A stretch of DNA of 64,000 nt from a virus (IMGVR_UViG_3300028887_000067:96001-160000); one strand, 5' to 3'; positions 20,496 to 30,525 are shown, counted from the stretch's first letter. Notes: generated by a model from the letters alone, not told the origin. Made by a program: numbers and translations.

Positions 20496-20948
20496 TTAGC
20501 GTTTGGTTGCGCGGTACAGGGATATGGTGGATTCGACGAGATGTTTGTTCTTGCAGGACTTAATGACCGATTCCTCAAATACGTCGATGTCGCCTATGTC
20601 GCCGTTCATCCGGTCGTAGTGGTCCATCATCGCTATGTCGATGTCGTCGCCAAGCGACTGGTCCGGCTCGTATTTGAGACCCTCTCGTTCATATTGGCGG
20701 ACGAGCCCGCCGATGGCGTCGATGGCGTACTGCAGGCAGTCGCATTCGGTCTTGTTCTCGTCTCCCCAGTAGATGAAGATGCTTCCATACTCATCGCCCT
20801 GTTCGTCTACGCCGATCGGCTTGTACTCTACTTTTCCCGAGTGGGCGCCCGGAAGCGACAGGTCAAACGTGTATTCGCCGGTTCGTGTCGTTTTTGTAAG
20901 TTGGCTGGCATCTTGGACCAGTGTCTCGAATTGCTTTGGATAGAACAT
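20496..20948 (-). CDS. hypothetical acidic late protein
   Basis: 150 aa; GAGG RBS; TATAAACT at 20969-20976 (minus). Confidence 0.7.
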   Translation of the reverse strand: MFYPKQFETLVQDASQLTKTTRTGEYTFDLSLPGAHSGKVEYKPIGVDEQGDEYGSIFIYWGDENKTECDCLQYAIDAIGGLVRQYEREGLKYEPDQSLGDDIDIAMMDHYDRMNGDIGDIDVFEESVIKSCKNKHLVESTISLYRATKR

Positions 20949-20968
20949 GGCTTACCTCTGTTTCCCGT

Positions 20969-21007
20969 AGTTTATAGGCCGATGTCTTTGAGGACACATT
21001 ATAAACT
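20969..21007. promoter_or_regulatory. divergent pair of late-type promoters
   Basis: AGTTTATA (20969-20976, minus) and TATAAACT (21000-21007, plus). Confidence 0.7.
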
Positions 21008-21036
21008 TGATGAAAACGGATATAGGTGTTCATACC

Positions 21037-22590
21037 ATGGAAGTCAAATTCAATAAGGATGCCCTGATTAAGGCGATGAAGGAAATGAGCTACGTGTCTA
21101 CGCAGAGCGGACCTATCGAACCTTCCAAGGCCAAGGTGATAAAGATGCTTACCGAGAAGGTGCCGAAACCGGTCTCCAAGCCGCAGGACGGCGAGGACTG
21201 GGACAAGCGTGAGTACAAGCAGAACGACGACCTGTCTTACGGAAAAAACCTGATAACGACCAAGACGCTGTACAAGAAAGTCGTTACCGAGGCCGTATCT
21301 AATACCGAGTATCGCGGTTGCCGCCTCAATCTGCAGTCAATCGACATGAAGGAAACCCACTGCAAGTTCATCATCGACCGCCGTGGGCATGAAATCATGG
21401 TTGAAATGTACTACCCGAACACCAACAAGAACATCAGTGTCCGTCTGGAAAGCGACAACCACCTGTCCAACCTGTACGAGGTTCCCCTCGACAGCGAGCA
21501 ATTTATCAACAATTTTGGCTATACCATTCTGAAGACTTGTGACGAGCTCTTGGAGAGCGGTAGCAAGTATGACCTTGGCGCCGATCTCGATACTATGCAG
21601 TTTACCAATGGCATGGGGTCGGCGGTATACGACGTGAATGATTCTATCGTGCAACCGAGTAACTTGTTGCGCGAATCGGTCGACGGACACCTTGCCCGAC
21701 TCAGGAACCTTTGCGACGCGGTCAACATTATGGAGGCCGACGAACAGGCACCTGGCGCCGAGGCGTTCAGTATGGGAGCGCCCGAGGATGTTCCGGTTCC
21801 CGACAATATTCCTGGTATGAACGGCGGTCAGATCGGTGCCGAGGACGTCAATGGCGACGACACCTCGCCGAACACGACGGTCAACTTCGCCGACTGGATT
21901 CACGATAATATTTCTGATATCGAGACTATCAGCACCGACGGCGACAGCCCGATTGGTGGTACGTCCGCCCTCGACCGACTGGGCAAGATGGTCGCCGAGC
22001 GTATGGCCCGAAACAACAACAAGTCCGACGGCAAGGGAGCTGCGGTGACCGGCGACGAATTGTATTCCGGATTCTCGGGTATCAAACAGGAAGGTCCGGG
22101 TGCTATTTGGAACAAGTTCTTCGAACTCTATTCCGAACTAGCCGACCATTCGGTGACTATCCAACAGATTACAGACTTCAACAAGTTCCTTGAGAATCCA
22201 GGAACCGACGAACTCACACTCGATAAGTTCGACCGGAAACTGCAGGAGATCTTCCCCGAAGCTTACGGTGGTTCCGGTCTCGGAACCAACATGAACACCG
22301 ACAACGTGTCCGTCGATGGCGAGCAAAATTTTGGAGCCAACGAGGGATTGTCCGGCGATGTTGCCGTGGATAACATCATCGGCGGCACAGGTGGCTTGGG
22401 TGGTGGTTTTATGAACGATGGGTCCACCGAGTCCATGATGGCGAAGGTTAACCCGGAAGTTGACGCCGCTACCGAGGAACCGGTCGATTTCGGTGATTTT
22501 CCTAAGGAAGGCGAAGACGGAGAAACTGCGGTGGGCGACTTAGAGGTGTCCAACGAGGACAACGTGGCCGACTCGCTAGGCAACGTCTAG
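21037..22590 (+). CDS. hypothetical acidic late protein (possible head core/internal protein)
   Basis: ATG 21037 after AGGTG; very D/E/G-rich; LLES, LRES and IMEA motifs. Confidence 0.7.
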   Translation: MEVKFNKDALIKAMKEMSYVSTQSGPIEPSKAKVIKMLTEKVPKPVSKPQDGEDWDKREYKQNDDLSYGKNLITTKTLYKKVVTEAVSNTEYRGCRLNLQSIDMKETHCKFIIDRRGHEIMVEMYYPNTNKNISVRLESDNHLSNLYEVPLDSEQFINNFGYTILKTCDELLESGSKYDLGADLDTMQFTNGMGSAVYDVNDSIVQPSNLLRESVDGHLARLRNLCDAVNIMEADEQAPGAEAFSMGAPEDVPVPDNIPGMNGGQIGAEDVNGDDTSPNTTVNFADWIHDNISDIETISTDGDSPIGGTSALDRLGKMVAERMARNNNKSDGKGAAVTGDELYSGFSGIKQEGPGAIWNKFFELYSELADHSVTIQQITDFNKFLENPGTDELTLDKFDRKLQEIFPEAYGGSGLGTNMNTDNVSVDGEQNFGANEGLSGDVAVDNIIGGTGGLGGGFMNDGSTESMMAKVNPEVDAATEEPVDFGDFPKEGEDGETAVGDLEVSNEDNVADSLGNV

Positions 22591-22656
22591 TATTTTCGAC
22601 ATTTTCCTTGCGTTTGATGTAATTTATTATGTGGTTACCAAACGCAAGGATTTTTT

Positions 22657-23859
22657 ATGTCCGAAAAGTCTACTCTCAGTTCTATGTTCATCGACGAGAC
22701 CGAACCGACTACGCCGGTCGAGCCTGTCGTACCTAATGCTGAAGATACCCAAGTCATGATGTTCCTGACCAACGGCCGTCTCGGGCAGGGTCTGGCTCTT
22801 GTCGAATCCTCACTTACCGACAAGGAAACTACCGCCCGTCTCCGTACGGCTATTGACAAGGACGGCGCCATCTGGCTCGAGATCGAGACGCAGAATGGAG
22901 TCCACGTGATGGCGGACGCCTTGCCTCTTTCCAACCGCTTTACCGAATCTGTCTACGTCAATGCGGCCGACCTTTGCCACGCGGTAAAGGAGCTTGCGAA
23001 GGAAGCGCATATCGGCCTCTGGGTCGACCAGGGCAAGCTCTATCTCGGCGCCTACTACAACGACGAGTTCGAAGGTTTCGAATTGGAGTGCGGCTTCGCT
23101 CCAGCCAAGGAGTTTACCCCGGACGGGGAGAACGAGTACGATACCTCAATCGAGATTGACCAGGCGAGCTTCAATACAATCCTCGACGCGGTGTACGAGT
23201 TCGAATGGGTTGAAATCTACCGGATGAAGAACACGGTGTCGTTCCGTACAGGAAACGACAAGTGTACCATCGCCACGGTGATGCAGAATCAGGTCCGTAC
23301 CGATGACATTCTCCCCGATCTCAGCGTAAGGATTCCGGCAAAGGTGTTCAAGACTCTCCCGCTGGTCAACGCGCTTGACGACGGCATCGCCATGTCCGTA
23401 ACGCTGAAGATGAACACCAAGTATCACGTGATGAAAATCGAGGGGCAGTATTCCCACCTGTTCTGCCAGTTCTCCGAAGGCCAGCTGAAGACGTTCAACA
23501 ATGACGGCATGTCCCGCCAGTTCACCATTATGTCCGACGCGATTGCCGCCGCTATCGGAACCTATTTCAACATACATAGCACCGACCCGACTGGCCTTGT
23601 CCGTCTCTACGCGGTCAACGACGGTTTGCTCGGCATCGAGACGGTAGACAAGTCCAGAATGGACATCAACCTGACCGTCGGCAACGTCACGATTGACAAT
23701 ATCGATATGTCCCTGCAGATGCCGATGGATGTGCTGACGATGATGATTCGAAATTCCGGATGCCCGAAGCTCGACTTCCTCTACAACAAGGAAGCTGGCC
23801 GTGTGATGATGGCTTACGGCAACGGCTACTTCCTCCGCAAGTGTTGCTACCAGGCATAG
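22657..23859 (+). CDS. divergent DNA polymerase III beta-clamp (DnaN)-like protein
   Basis: About 370-aa core with three clamp-like units: SVYVNAADLCHAVKEL, SIEIDQASFNTIL, SVRIPAKVF, FSEGQ, FTIMSDAIAAAI, LQMPMDVLTMMI. Confidence 0.55.
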   Translation: MSEKSTLSSMFIDETEPTTPVEPVVPNAEDTQVMMFLTNGRLGQGLALVESSLTDKETTARLRTAIDKDGAIWLEIETQNGVHVMADALPLSNRFTESVYVNAADLCHAVKELAKEAHIGLWVDQGKLYLGAYYNDEFEGFELECGFAPAKEFTPDGENEYDTSIEIDQASFNTILDAVYEFEWVEIYRMKNTVSFRTGNDKCTIATVMQNQVRTDDILPDLSVRIPAKVFKTLPLVNALDDGIAMSVTLKMNTKYHVMKIEGQYSHLFCQFSEGQLKTFNNDGMSRQFTIMSDAIAAAIGTYFNIHSTDPTGLVRLYAVNDGLLGIETVDKSRMDINLTVGNVTIDNIDMSLQMPMDVLTMMIRNSGCPKLDFLYNKEAGRVMMAYGNGYFLRKCCYQA

Positions 23860-23862
23860 ATG

Positions 23863-23889
23863 AGAATGGCCGGCGAGAGCCGGCCTTCT
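23863..23889. terminator. hairpin between convergent genes
   Basis: GGCCGGC-GAGA-GCCGGCC stem-loop. Confidence 0.6.
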
Positions 23890-23890
23890 G

Positions 23891-24490
23891 TTAAGCGTTT
23901 TCAATCGGCTCGGACTCGTCCGGGCCGTTTTCTTTCGGTGGCTCGGGCGGTGTCTCTGCGTTTACTTCGTCGCTGGATTCGACGTCACCGTCGGCTATTT
24001 CCTCCAATTCGTCCATGCCTAGCGGGGCAAGGTCCTCCTCAGGCTGTTCCGGATTGTTCGCGTTGATCTGGTCGATATCCGCCTGTACTTGCTGGAACAC
24101 GTCCTGCTCGGCTGGTGGAAACAGGTCGAACTCCCCGTTGTTGGAATCCGCGAACGGGTCCTGCTCTGGAGTAGTAAGCTCGTCGTAGGTGATTTCGTCG
24201 GATTCTTCCTGCTTCTCCCTGTTCTTGTAGATATCGAGAAGTTTGTCGAACGCCATATCGCGGATAGTCTCGCCGATGTCCTTGCCGTCCATCGAGTTCG
24301 GGGGATTCTTCATAAGTTCGTCGGCGGCTACGCGCTCCTGCTCGCCGAGCTCGACCTTTATCTCATTGAAGTCCTTGCCGGACGCATCCTTGAGCGTCTG
24401 CATGTACTTCGGCTGGTTGCTGGTTAGGACGGTCGTGGTCTCCGGCGTCAGCAGGGTCTTGTCGTATGTTCCGTTGAATGGCAAGGTCAT
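23891..24490 (-). CDS. hypothetical highly acidic late protein
   Basis: 199 aa; GATAAACT at 24517-24524 (minus). Confidence 0.7.
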   Translation of the reverse strand: MTLPFNGTYDKTLLTPETTTVLTSNQPKYMQTLKDASGKDFNEIKVELGEQERVAADELMKNPPNSMDGKDIGETIRDMAFDKLLDIYKNREKQEESDEITYDELTTPEQDPFADSNNGEFDLFPPAEQDVFQQVQADIDQINANNPEQPEEDLAPLGMDELEEIADGDVESSDEVNAETPPEPPKENGPDESEPIENA

Positions 24491-24516
24491 AATTAGTCAC
24501 CTGGTTGTCTTGTTGT

Positions 24517-24555
24517 AGTTTATCGGGCGACGGTTTTTTGGCCACCTAATAAACT
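24517..24555. promoter_or_regulatory. divergent pair of late-type promoters
   Basis: AGTTTATC (24517-24524) and AATAAACT (24548-24555). Confidence 0.65.
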
Positions 24556-24587
24556 CAAAATTAAACGAACATTTTCAGAGGTACCCA

Positions 24588-25178
24588 ATGTTCCACATTT
24601 GCGACGAAGAGAATTTTAAGGGTCTGATCGATAAGGTTGCAGCTGAACCCATCGACGAAGAACCTTACAACATCGTCCGCGACCCGAAGCCCGTTGTAGA
24701 GACGGTCTGTACTTTTGATGGAGTGCAGATCAATCTCGAGAGCTGGACGAAGGGTGGCGGTGTAGCGGAAGACTCCGCAAAGGTCGGCAAGGCCAAGACC
24801 GCCCCAGATGCCAAGCTGGCGAAATCCGCCGGCAAGACCGACGGGGAAAAGAAGGACGACGGCAAGGTCGTCGAGGAAGTCGTGGCCGACGACAAGAAAA
24901 AGAAGGACCAGGTTGTTGAAGTAGACGCGAGCGTCGAGGTCAAGGCCGAGGACGCCCCGTCCGTCGGAAAGGGCAGTAATTTTGACTCTGTCGCGAAATC
25001 CGCCAAGACCTCCCAGGAAACCGAGGCCAAGTCCAACAAGAAGTTTGAGAAATGTTGCGACGATCAGAAGCGTATCGACATCTTCAAGGAAGGTGTGCGT
25101 AAGCTTGGTGTTGATTCCAAGACCAAGGCCGATGCCGACAATGTCCTGAAGGAGTTCGACAAGCTTATGAAGAAGTAA
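24588..25178 (+). CDS. hypothetical K/D/E-rich late protein
   Basis: 196 aa; GAGG RBS; followed by a terminator. Confidence 0.7.
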   Translation: MFHICDEENFKGLIDKVAAEPIDEEPYNIVRDPKPVVETVCTFDGVQINLESWTKGGGVAEDSAKVGKAKTAPDAKLAKSAGKTDGEKKDDGKVVEEVVADDKKKKDQVVEVDASVEVKAEDAPSVGKGSNFDSVAKSAKTSQETEAKSNKKFEKCCDDQKRIDIFKEGVRKLGVDSKTKADADNVLKEFDKLMKK

Positions 25179-25217
25179 TCGGTATTCCATAGCCGTCTTA
25201 GCCGACGGAATCTCTCT

Positions 25218-25239
25218 ACCGCCGAAAGGCGGTTTTTTT
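25218..25239 (+). terminator. intrinsic terminator
   Basis: ACCGCC-GAAA-GGCGGT followed by a T run. Confidence 0.8.
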
Positions 25240-25256
25240 GCCCAATTTCCCCAAAA

Positions 25257-25285
25257 TTGCAATTCAAACTCCCTTTTTCTACCTT
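25257..25285 (+). promoter_or_regulatory. sigma70-like promoter with TTCAAA element (gene 43)
   Basis: TTGCAA-17 nt (ttcaaactccctttttc)-TACCTT. Confidence 0.72.
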
Positions 25286-25304
25286 CGTCCCGAGGAAACC
25301 CCTT

Positions 25305-28268
25305 ATGCCCGTAACGAATGAATCAGTGACCAAGAACGTGAGGCCGATGTACAGGTCGGTCTACCACGACACGGCGAACGACCGCATGTACATATGGTAC
25401 GTGGACGGCTCGTTTGACGCGGTTCCGGTCAAGCACCAGTTCTACACGACGCAAAAGGGGCAGTACGACGCCATAGAGTGCGGGATGAAGAACATCTGGG
25501 GCGAGGAGGTCTACAGGGTAGACGTTCCGAAACGATCCGGTCTCTCCGCGTACGAATTTGAAAAACGAATCAAGCAGGAGCACGAGGGGTCAGACAACAA
25601 CCTCGCCGAGATTGATATCGACCCGAGATGCCGATTCCTGCAGTCTCACTACGCCGACACGGGCATGATGCACCCGAACATGGATGACATCAACCTGTGC
25701 TTTATGGATATCGAGAACGCCACGACCGGCCGATTCTCCGCGCCCCTAGAGGCCTTGTACCCAATTAACGTCGTCACGCTTTCTTTTTCCAAGGACAAAC
25801 GACGATACACGTTCGGCCTGAAGCGGGATATCGACGACGAGACCAAAGAATTTTTCCGATCCAAGAACTGTACCTATACAATCTGTTCCGACGAGGCCGA
25901 CCTTATATCGAAGGTAATGTATTGTATCGGGTCCAACGACGTGGACATTCTGTCCGGTTGGAATTTCGAGTACGATACCGTTTACATGGCCACGCGCATA
26001 AAGAAGCTCAACGAGAACCTTCCGCGTTCCAGCCAGCTATCGCTTGACCTTATGTCGAGGATGCGCGGTCAGAACAAGCACGCGTATATCAATAAGGAAA
26101 ACCAGCTAGTCATCAACGGCACCGAGGTCATTGACTTCCTCGCGCTGTACAAGAAGTATACGTTTTCCGAAGAATCTTCCTACAAGCTTGACTATATCGG
26201 TGGCAAGGTCGCCGGACAGCATAAGGCCCCGCTTCCCGACGGCTACCAGTCGTGGATTAATCACTGGTCCATGTATGTGAAGTACAACTTCATCGACGTC
26301 GAAATTCTGGAAATGCTCAACGAGAACACCCAGATGTTCCGGCTCGCCGTCACGTCGTCTGCCGCTGCACGTGTCCCGTTTTCTTTCGTATTCGCTTCCA
26401 AGAAGATGCTGACCGGCTTCATGCTGGACCACCTGCATCATACAAATCGCGTTTTTCCTCCCTATCGTACCCAGCACAAGGAAGAGTTTCCTGGTGCGTT
26501 CGTGTATTCCGTCCCCGGCTACAAGGAATATCTAGTATCGTACGACTACCGGTCGCTATACCCGTCGATTATGATGACTTTCAATACGTCGCCCGAGATG
26601 AAGGTGACGTTCCCGATAGACTACGTCCTTACCGACGAAGAGCGGGAGAACCTTATCAAGAGTCCGTGGGACCATAACGGCAAGTATCAGGTGTATTACA
26701 GGAAGGACCGCGTCGGCGTTGTTCCCGAAGTGACTAGGTTGCTGTTCGATGGCCGTTCGGAACTCAAGAAGCAGATGAAGAAGGCCAAGAAAGCCGGCAA
26801 CAAGGAACAGGCGGCTGTCTTCGACATGATGCAGAAGGTGTACAAGGTTCTAGGAAACTCTCTCTACGGCCTGCTCGGTTCCGAACATTTTGCCCTATAC
26901 GATGTTGACAATGCGGCGTCCATTACGGCATACGGCCAGCGTCTCATCAAGTTCACCATCGAGTGCCTCGCCGAGTACATCAACAACGACCTGAGCACGG
27001 ACGACCGGTTCTACAACGTGTTCGGTTATCGTCCCGAAATCGACCCGAAGATGGTCGGCACGTTCGAAGATTCCGAAGGCGAGGTAAACTATCGCCGTAT
27101 GAGCCATGGCGATACCGACTCGTTCTTCGTCCACTTTGGCGATATTTACGAGCCGTTCCGGCAACGGCAGGGCACGGGTACGTCGGTATTCGTGTTCAAG
27201 AAGAACGAGATGATTACAAAGAAGGAGTTCGATTCGGAGCACGAACTTGACTCGAAGAAGTTCTTTAACAAGATGTGCCTCGAGTACGGGGGCGACTCGT
27301 GGCGGTCGGCCGATATGAGGACTCCGGACGAAAAGACCGGATTTACCAAGTGTCAGATCACGTTCGCCGACGGCATATATTTCTCTGGCGAGTACAGGGT
27401 TATTTACAACCGATACCGGCTCACCGACTTCTGCAGAATCCTCGACGCGTGTATCCTTGAGGAGGAGCTGGACAAGTATATGCTGGCCTATGCCAACAAG
27501 TGGAACTACCTCACCAATGAGCTGTTCCTCAAGCGGGAAAAGTGCATATACAAGGCCATCGTTACCGCAAAAAAGAAATACATCTGCCTGGTCGAGAGTA
27601 TGGAAGACATCGTGTATCTCGACCAAGGACACAAGGATGACGAGGGCAAGTGGGTCAAGGGCGACCTGTCAGTCAAGCCGGAATATGCGATTACCGGTCT
27701 CGAACTCGTGCGCAGCTCCACAGCCATGTTCGGTCGCGACCGTATGATGGAAATGGTGAACTTGATGATGGACGGTCTCGACCGCAACAAGGTCCGCGCC
27801 CGCCTCCTAGAGATGAAGAAGGAATTCTTCGATGCCGTTAATGAGGGCAACATCAACTATATCGCCTGTCCGAGCGGTGTCAAGACTTGTCCGCCCCCGT
27901 TCGAAGTCCTCGAGAAGATGACGACTGAGCAAAAGCTCGAGAACAAGTATGAATGGCGATGCCAGGGAGCGTCCGTCTGGAATTACCTGATCCTGCATGA
28001 CCCGGAACTATCGAAGCATACCTATGAGCCGGTTGCCGCCGGTTCGAAGATCAGATTCATCAAGAAGGCCGACAACCTGTTCGGCGTGTCGATTATCTGC
28101 TACACCGGTGATGAATGCCCGAAAAGGTTACTTGAGATATTCCATCCCGACTGGGAGGAACATTGGAAGACCAGCGTTGCACAGATTCTCGGACGACTTT
28201 TTGATGCAGTCGGTTGGGACGAACAGCTCGAATATGACGAAAGCGATTTTATAATGGATTACCTATGA
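25305..28268 (+). CDS. family B DNA polymerase (gp43-like)
   Basis: ExoI DIE, ExoII GWNFEYD, ExoIII YNFIDV; DYRSLYPS, KVLGNSLYG, GDTDS, KKKY, GLE..RSS; ATG 25305 after GAGG. Confidence 0.95.
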   Translation: MPVTNESVTKNVRPMYRSVYHDTANDRMYIWYVDGSFDAVPVKHQFYTTQKGQYDAIECGMKNIWGEEVYRVDVPKRSGLSAYEFEKRIKQEHEGSDNNLAEIDIDPRCRFLQSHYADTGMMHPNMDDINLCFMDIENATTGRFSAPLEALYPINVVTLSFSKDKRRYTFGLKRDIDDETKEFFRSKNCTYTICSDEADLISKVMYCIGSNDVDILSGWNFEYDTVYMATRIKKLNENLPRSSQLSLDLMSRMRGQNKHAYINKENQLVINGTEVIDFLALYKKYTFSEESSYKLDYIGGKVAGQHKAPLPDGYQSWINHWSMYVKYNFIDVEILEMLNENTQMFRLAVTSSAAARVPFSFVFASKKMLTGFMLDHLHHTNRVFPPYRTQHKEEFPGAFVYSVPGYKEYLVSYDYRSLYPSIMMTFNTSPEMKVTFPIDYVLTDEERENLIKSPWDHNGKYQVYYRKDRVGVVPEVTRLLFDGRSELKKQMKKAKKAGNKEQAAVFDMMQKVYKVLGNSLYGLLGSEHFALYDVDNAASITAYGQRLIKFTIECLAEYINNDLSTDDRFYNVFGYRPEIDPKMVGTFEDSEGEVNYRRMSHGDTDSFFVHFGDIYEPFRQRQGTGTSVFVFKKNEMITKKEFDSEHELDSKKFFNKMCLEYGGDSWRSADMRTPDEKTGFTKCQITFADGIYFSGEYRVIYNRYRLTDFCRILDACILEEELDKYMLAYANKWNYLTNELFLKREKCIYKAIVTAKKKYICLVESMEDIVYLDQGHKDDEGKWVKGDLSVKPEYAITGLELVRSSTAMFGRDRMMEMVNLMMDGLDRNKVRARLLEMKKEFFDAVNEGNINYIACPSGVKTCPPPFEVLEKMTTEQKLENKYEWRCQGASVWNYLILHDPELSKHTYEPVAAGSKIRFIKKADNLFGVSIICYTGDECPKRLLEIFHPDWEEHWKTSVAQILGRLFDAVGWDEQLEYDESDFIMDYL

Positions 28269-28735
28269 TTAAGTTTCTGAAGAAAATAATTGAAAAGATT
28301 GCGCTAGTGCCGGTGTGTTGGCGGAACCGGCGCATCGTCGCGAAGTACCCGTTCCTAAAGTGTTATTCGGCAGATCCCGACGATTTCAGTTGGACCCAGC
28401 TGGACTACCTGCCCGTGGGCTGGCGACGTGTCGTCCTTGATTACATGAAACGACTGCGCGACATTCTTGTCAAGCACAACGAGCTTTACAATTTCAAGAT
28501 TGTCGAGGTCAAGGAAAAGTGGGGAGTCGCGTGTATCTATCATGCTGGCCTGTACAGCGGAGAATGCGACAACGAGGTCGACGTACTGATGGCCGAACTG
28601 TCGAGGGAGACTTCGAAGATATGTTGCTACTGCGGAAAACCCGCCACCGTGCATTCCGTTGGCTACATTCTTCCATTCTGCGACAGGTGCGCACGGAAGA
28701 CGAAGTTCAAGGTGAAACCTCTTTCAGAGAACTAG
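28265..28735 (+). CDS. conserved phage protein with KEKWG motif and C-terminal CxxC..CxxC
   Basis: P.GW...EVKEKWG...ICCYCGKP...CDRC; ATGA overlap with gene 43. Confidence 0.65.
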   Translation: MIKFLKKIIEKIALVPVCWRNRRIVAKYPFLKCYSADPDDFSWTQLDYLPVGWRRVVLDYMKRLRDILVKHNELYNFKIVEVKEKWGVACIYHAGLYSGECDNEVDVLMAELSRETSKICCYCGKPATVHSVGYILPFCDRCARKTKFKVKPLSEN

Positions 28736-29052
28736 GAGCCAGCCGTGGCAGTGTCAGCAGAGACGTTTTCGGGGAACTGGTTGCCCATGATTCCGAGGGA
28801 TGTGCGCCCAGCTTCCGGATGCAGTGCCGATTTCGCACCCTGCTTCGCCGCGTGCGACTTCGCTAGGATTTCGTCGGAAACCGTCTGTTTGTCGAAGTAT
28901 TCGTTCTCGTCGAGCTCGTCGGTGCAACAACCCGGCTGTGGGATCGCTTGCGGGGGGTTGACGTCGGAACAGACCTGCTCGTACAGCTTCTTTGCGGCAT
29001 GGCCACTTGCGCGGTCGATACTAGAAACAAAATCATAAAACACATTAGACAT
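28732..29052 (-). CDS. hypothetical small late protein antisense to the replication operon
   Basis: 106 aa filling the gap exactly; AATAAACT 6 nt before the ATG. Confidence 0.55.
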   Translation of the reverse strand: MSNVFYDFVSSIDRASGHAAKKLYEQVCSDVNPPQAIPQPGCCTDELDENEYFDKQTVSDEILAKSHAAKQGAKSALHPEAGRTSLGIMGNQFPENVSADTATAGS

Positions 29053-29066
29053 ACTAGGAGTTTATT

Positions 29067-30104
29067 ATGGTAAATCTGGGAAATTTCGAAGATGAAGATG
29101 GCATCGGAGCTGCCGTCAAGAAAAACGAGCCATGGACTAAGAAGTACGCGGCTCACGACCTTGATGGGCTTGTGTTGCCTAGCGAGATTCGCGACGAGAT
29201 CGAGTTCGCGATGAAGGAGAACAGCTTTACCGATTATATCTTCCATTCCGGTGCTCCGGGCACCGGCAAGTCCTCTCTGGCAAAGGTCATCCCCGAGATG
29301 CTGGGGGTCGACTACAAGTTCTTCAAGTGTACGAAGGATGCCGAAATCATGGCCGACATCGAGGAGTTCATCATGTACGGCTCCAGCGACGGCAAGCCGA
29401 GATTCATTATTATCGACGAGGCCGATAAGCCGAAGGACGCGGACAGAATGTTCCGCTTCCTGCAGGCGACCATTTCCGAGGACACCCGTACCGTCAGGTT
29501 CATCCTCACGATGAACGATTTCCATCGTATGCCCGACGCGATGATTTCCCGTTGCCACGCGATCGAGTTCGTCGTCCCGTCTCTCGAGGAGAGCGACTAC
29601 AAGAACAGACTTTACGCCCACCTGATGAAGATAGCGAAGGCGGAAACCGAACCGTACGGCGGCATCGTCGAGAAGAATACAATCATCAGCCTTATCAAGC
29701 AGTACTTTCCTGATATCCGTCAGATGATTGTCTGCATGCAGTCCATCTTTAACCGGAACAAGGGAAGCATTAAGGGTGACCTTCCGCAGGTCAGCGGTGA
29801 CCTCATCAAGACCATCTACGATATGACCATTAATTGCCAGCATCTCGACCTTTATCACTACATCACGGCCAATGTGAAGTTCCCGCGAAGCATCTACAGC
29901 CCGTTCGGCCGTTATTTCGTGGATCACATCACGGAGAAGTTCTCCCCGTCCATCCTGATTCCGTTTGGTATCAAGCTGGCTGATTACCAGGACAAGGCCT
30001 CCCATTCCGTGGACCAGATGTTCAACCTCTGGGGATTCTTGCTCAACCTGATGCAGATTCTCCAGACGGCCAAGAAAGAGGCTGCCAATGGCGTTCGACC
30101 ATAA
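29067..30104 (+). CDS. gp44-like clamp loader AAA+ subunit
   Basis: PWTKKY, GAPGTGKS, IIIDEAD, RFILTMN, SRC motif, FPDIR. Confidence 0.92.
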   Translation: MVNLGNFEDEDGIGAAVKKNEPWTKKYAAHDLDGLVLPSEIRDEIEFAMKENSFTDYIFHSGAPGTGKSSLAKVIPEMLGVDYKFFKCTKDAEIMADIEEFIMYGSSDGKPRFIIIDEADKPKDADRMFRFLQATISEDTRTVRFILTMNDFHRMPDAMISRCHAIEFVVPSLEESDYKNRLYAHLMKIAKAETEPYGGIVEKNTIISLIKQYFPDIRQMIVCMQSIFNRNKGSIKGDLPQVSGDLIKTIYDMTINCQHLDLYHYITANVKFPRSIYSPFGRYFVDHITEKFSPSILIPFGIKLADYQDKASHSVDQMFNLWGFLLNLMQILQTAKKEAANGVRP

Positions 30105-30525
30105 AAAATTCATTATGGACAGGGTCGCCGGAAACCCGGTGACGGCGGCAGATATTGTCGATTTCGACACGTTCGCCGCCATATACACGCTTTCTATGAC
30201 GCCTGCCCTGACGAACATTGCCAACGCCCTGAACACCATCGAGTTCACGAAGCTGCCCAAGCACGTCCAGGCGAAGGTGTTCGAGGGGTTCAACAAGATG
30301 CCCATCAGCGACGGGTACATACGCGCCTACCCTTCGGAAATCAATGCCGTGAACGAGCGGCGCGAGCTTATCATGGACACCTACGACGTGTCGATGACCG
30401 AGGCCGACATGCTTTACCGATACGGCCTTGTCGACATGAAGCTCCTGAAGGAGTATCACGACTACCGTTTCGAGGGCATCTTGCCGAAGACGAAGCGCAC
30501 CACGAAGGTGAAGAAGGAAAAATAG
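30088..30525 (+). CDS. gp62-like clamp loader small subunit
   Basis: Overlaps gene 44; LS.......ANALN...LP...Q and LIMDTYDVSMTEA patterns fit gp62. Confidence 0.6.
   Translation: MAFDHKKFIMDRVAGNPVTAADIVDFDTFAAIYTLSMTPALTNIANALNTIEFTKLPKHVQAKVFEGFNKMPISDGYIRAYPSEINAVNERRELIMDTYDVSMTEADMLYRYGLVDMKLLKEYHDYRFEGILPKTKRTTKVKKEK

Noticed and set aside
20493-21056. Plus-strand 187-aa ORF
   Set aside because: Antisense to 20496-20948, which has an RBS, a late motif and typical composition
25257-25304. TTG start for the polymerase
   Set aside because: The TTG is the -35 box of the conserved promoter; ATG 25305 follows GAGG
27130-27450. Possible intein or intron in the polymerase
   Set aside because: No intein terminal residues or LAGLIDADG motifs; reading frame is uninterrupted
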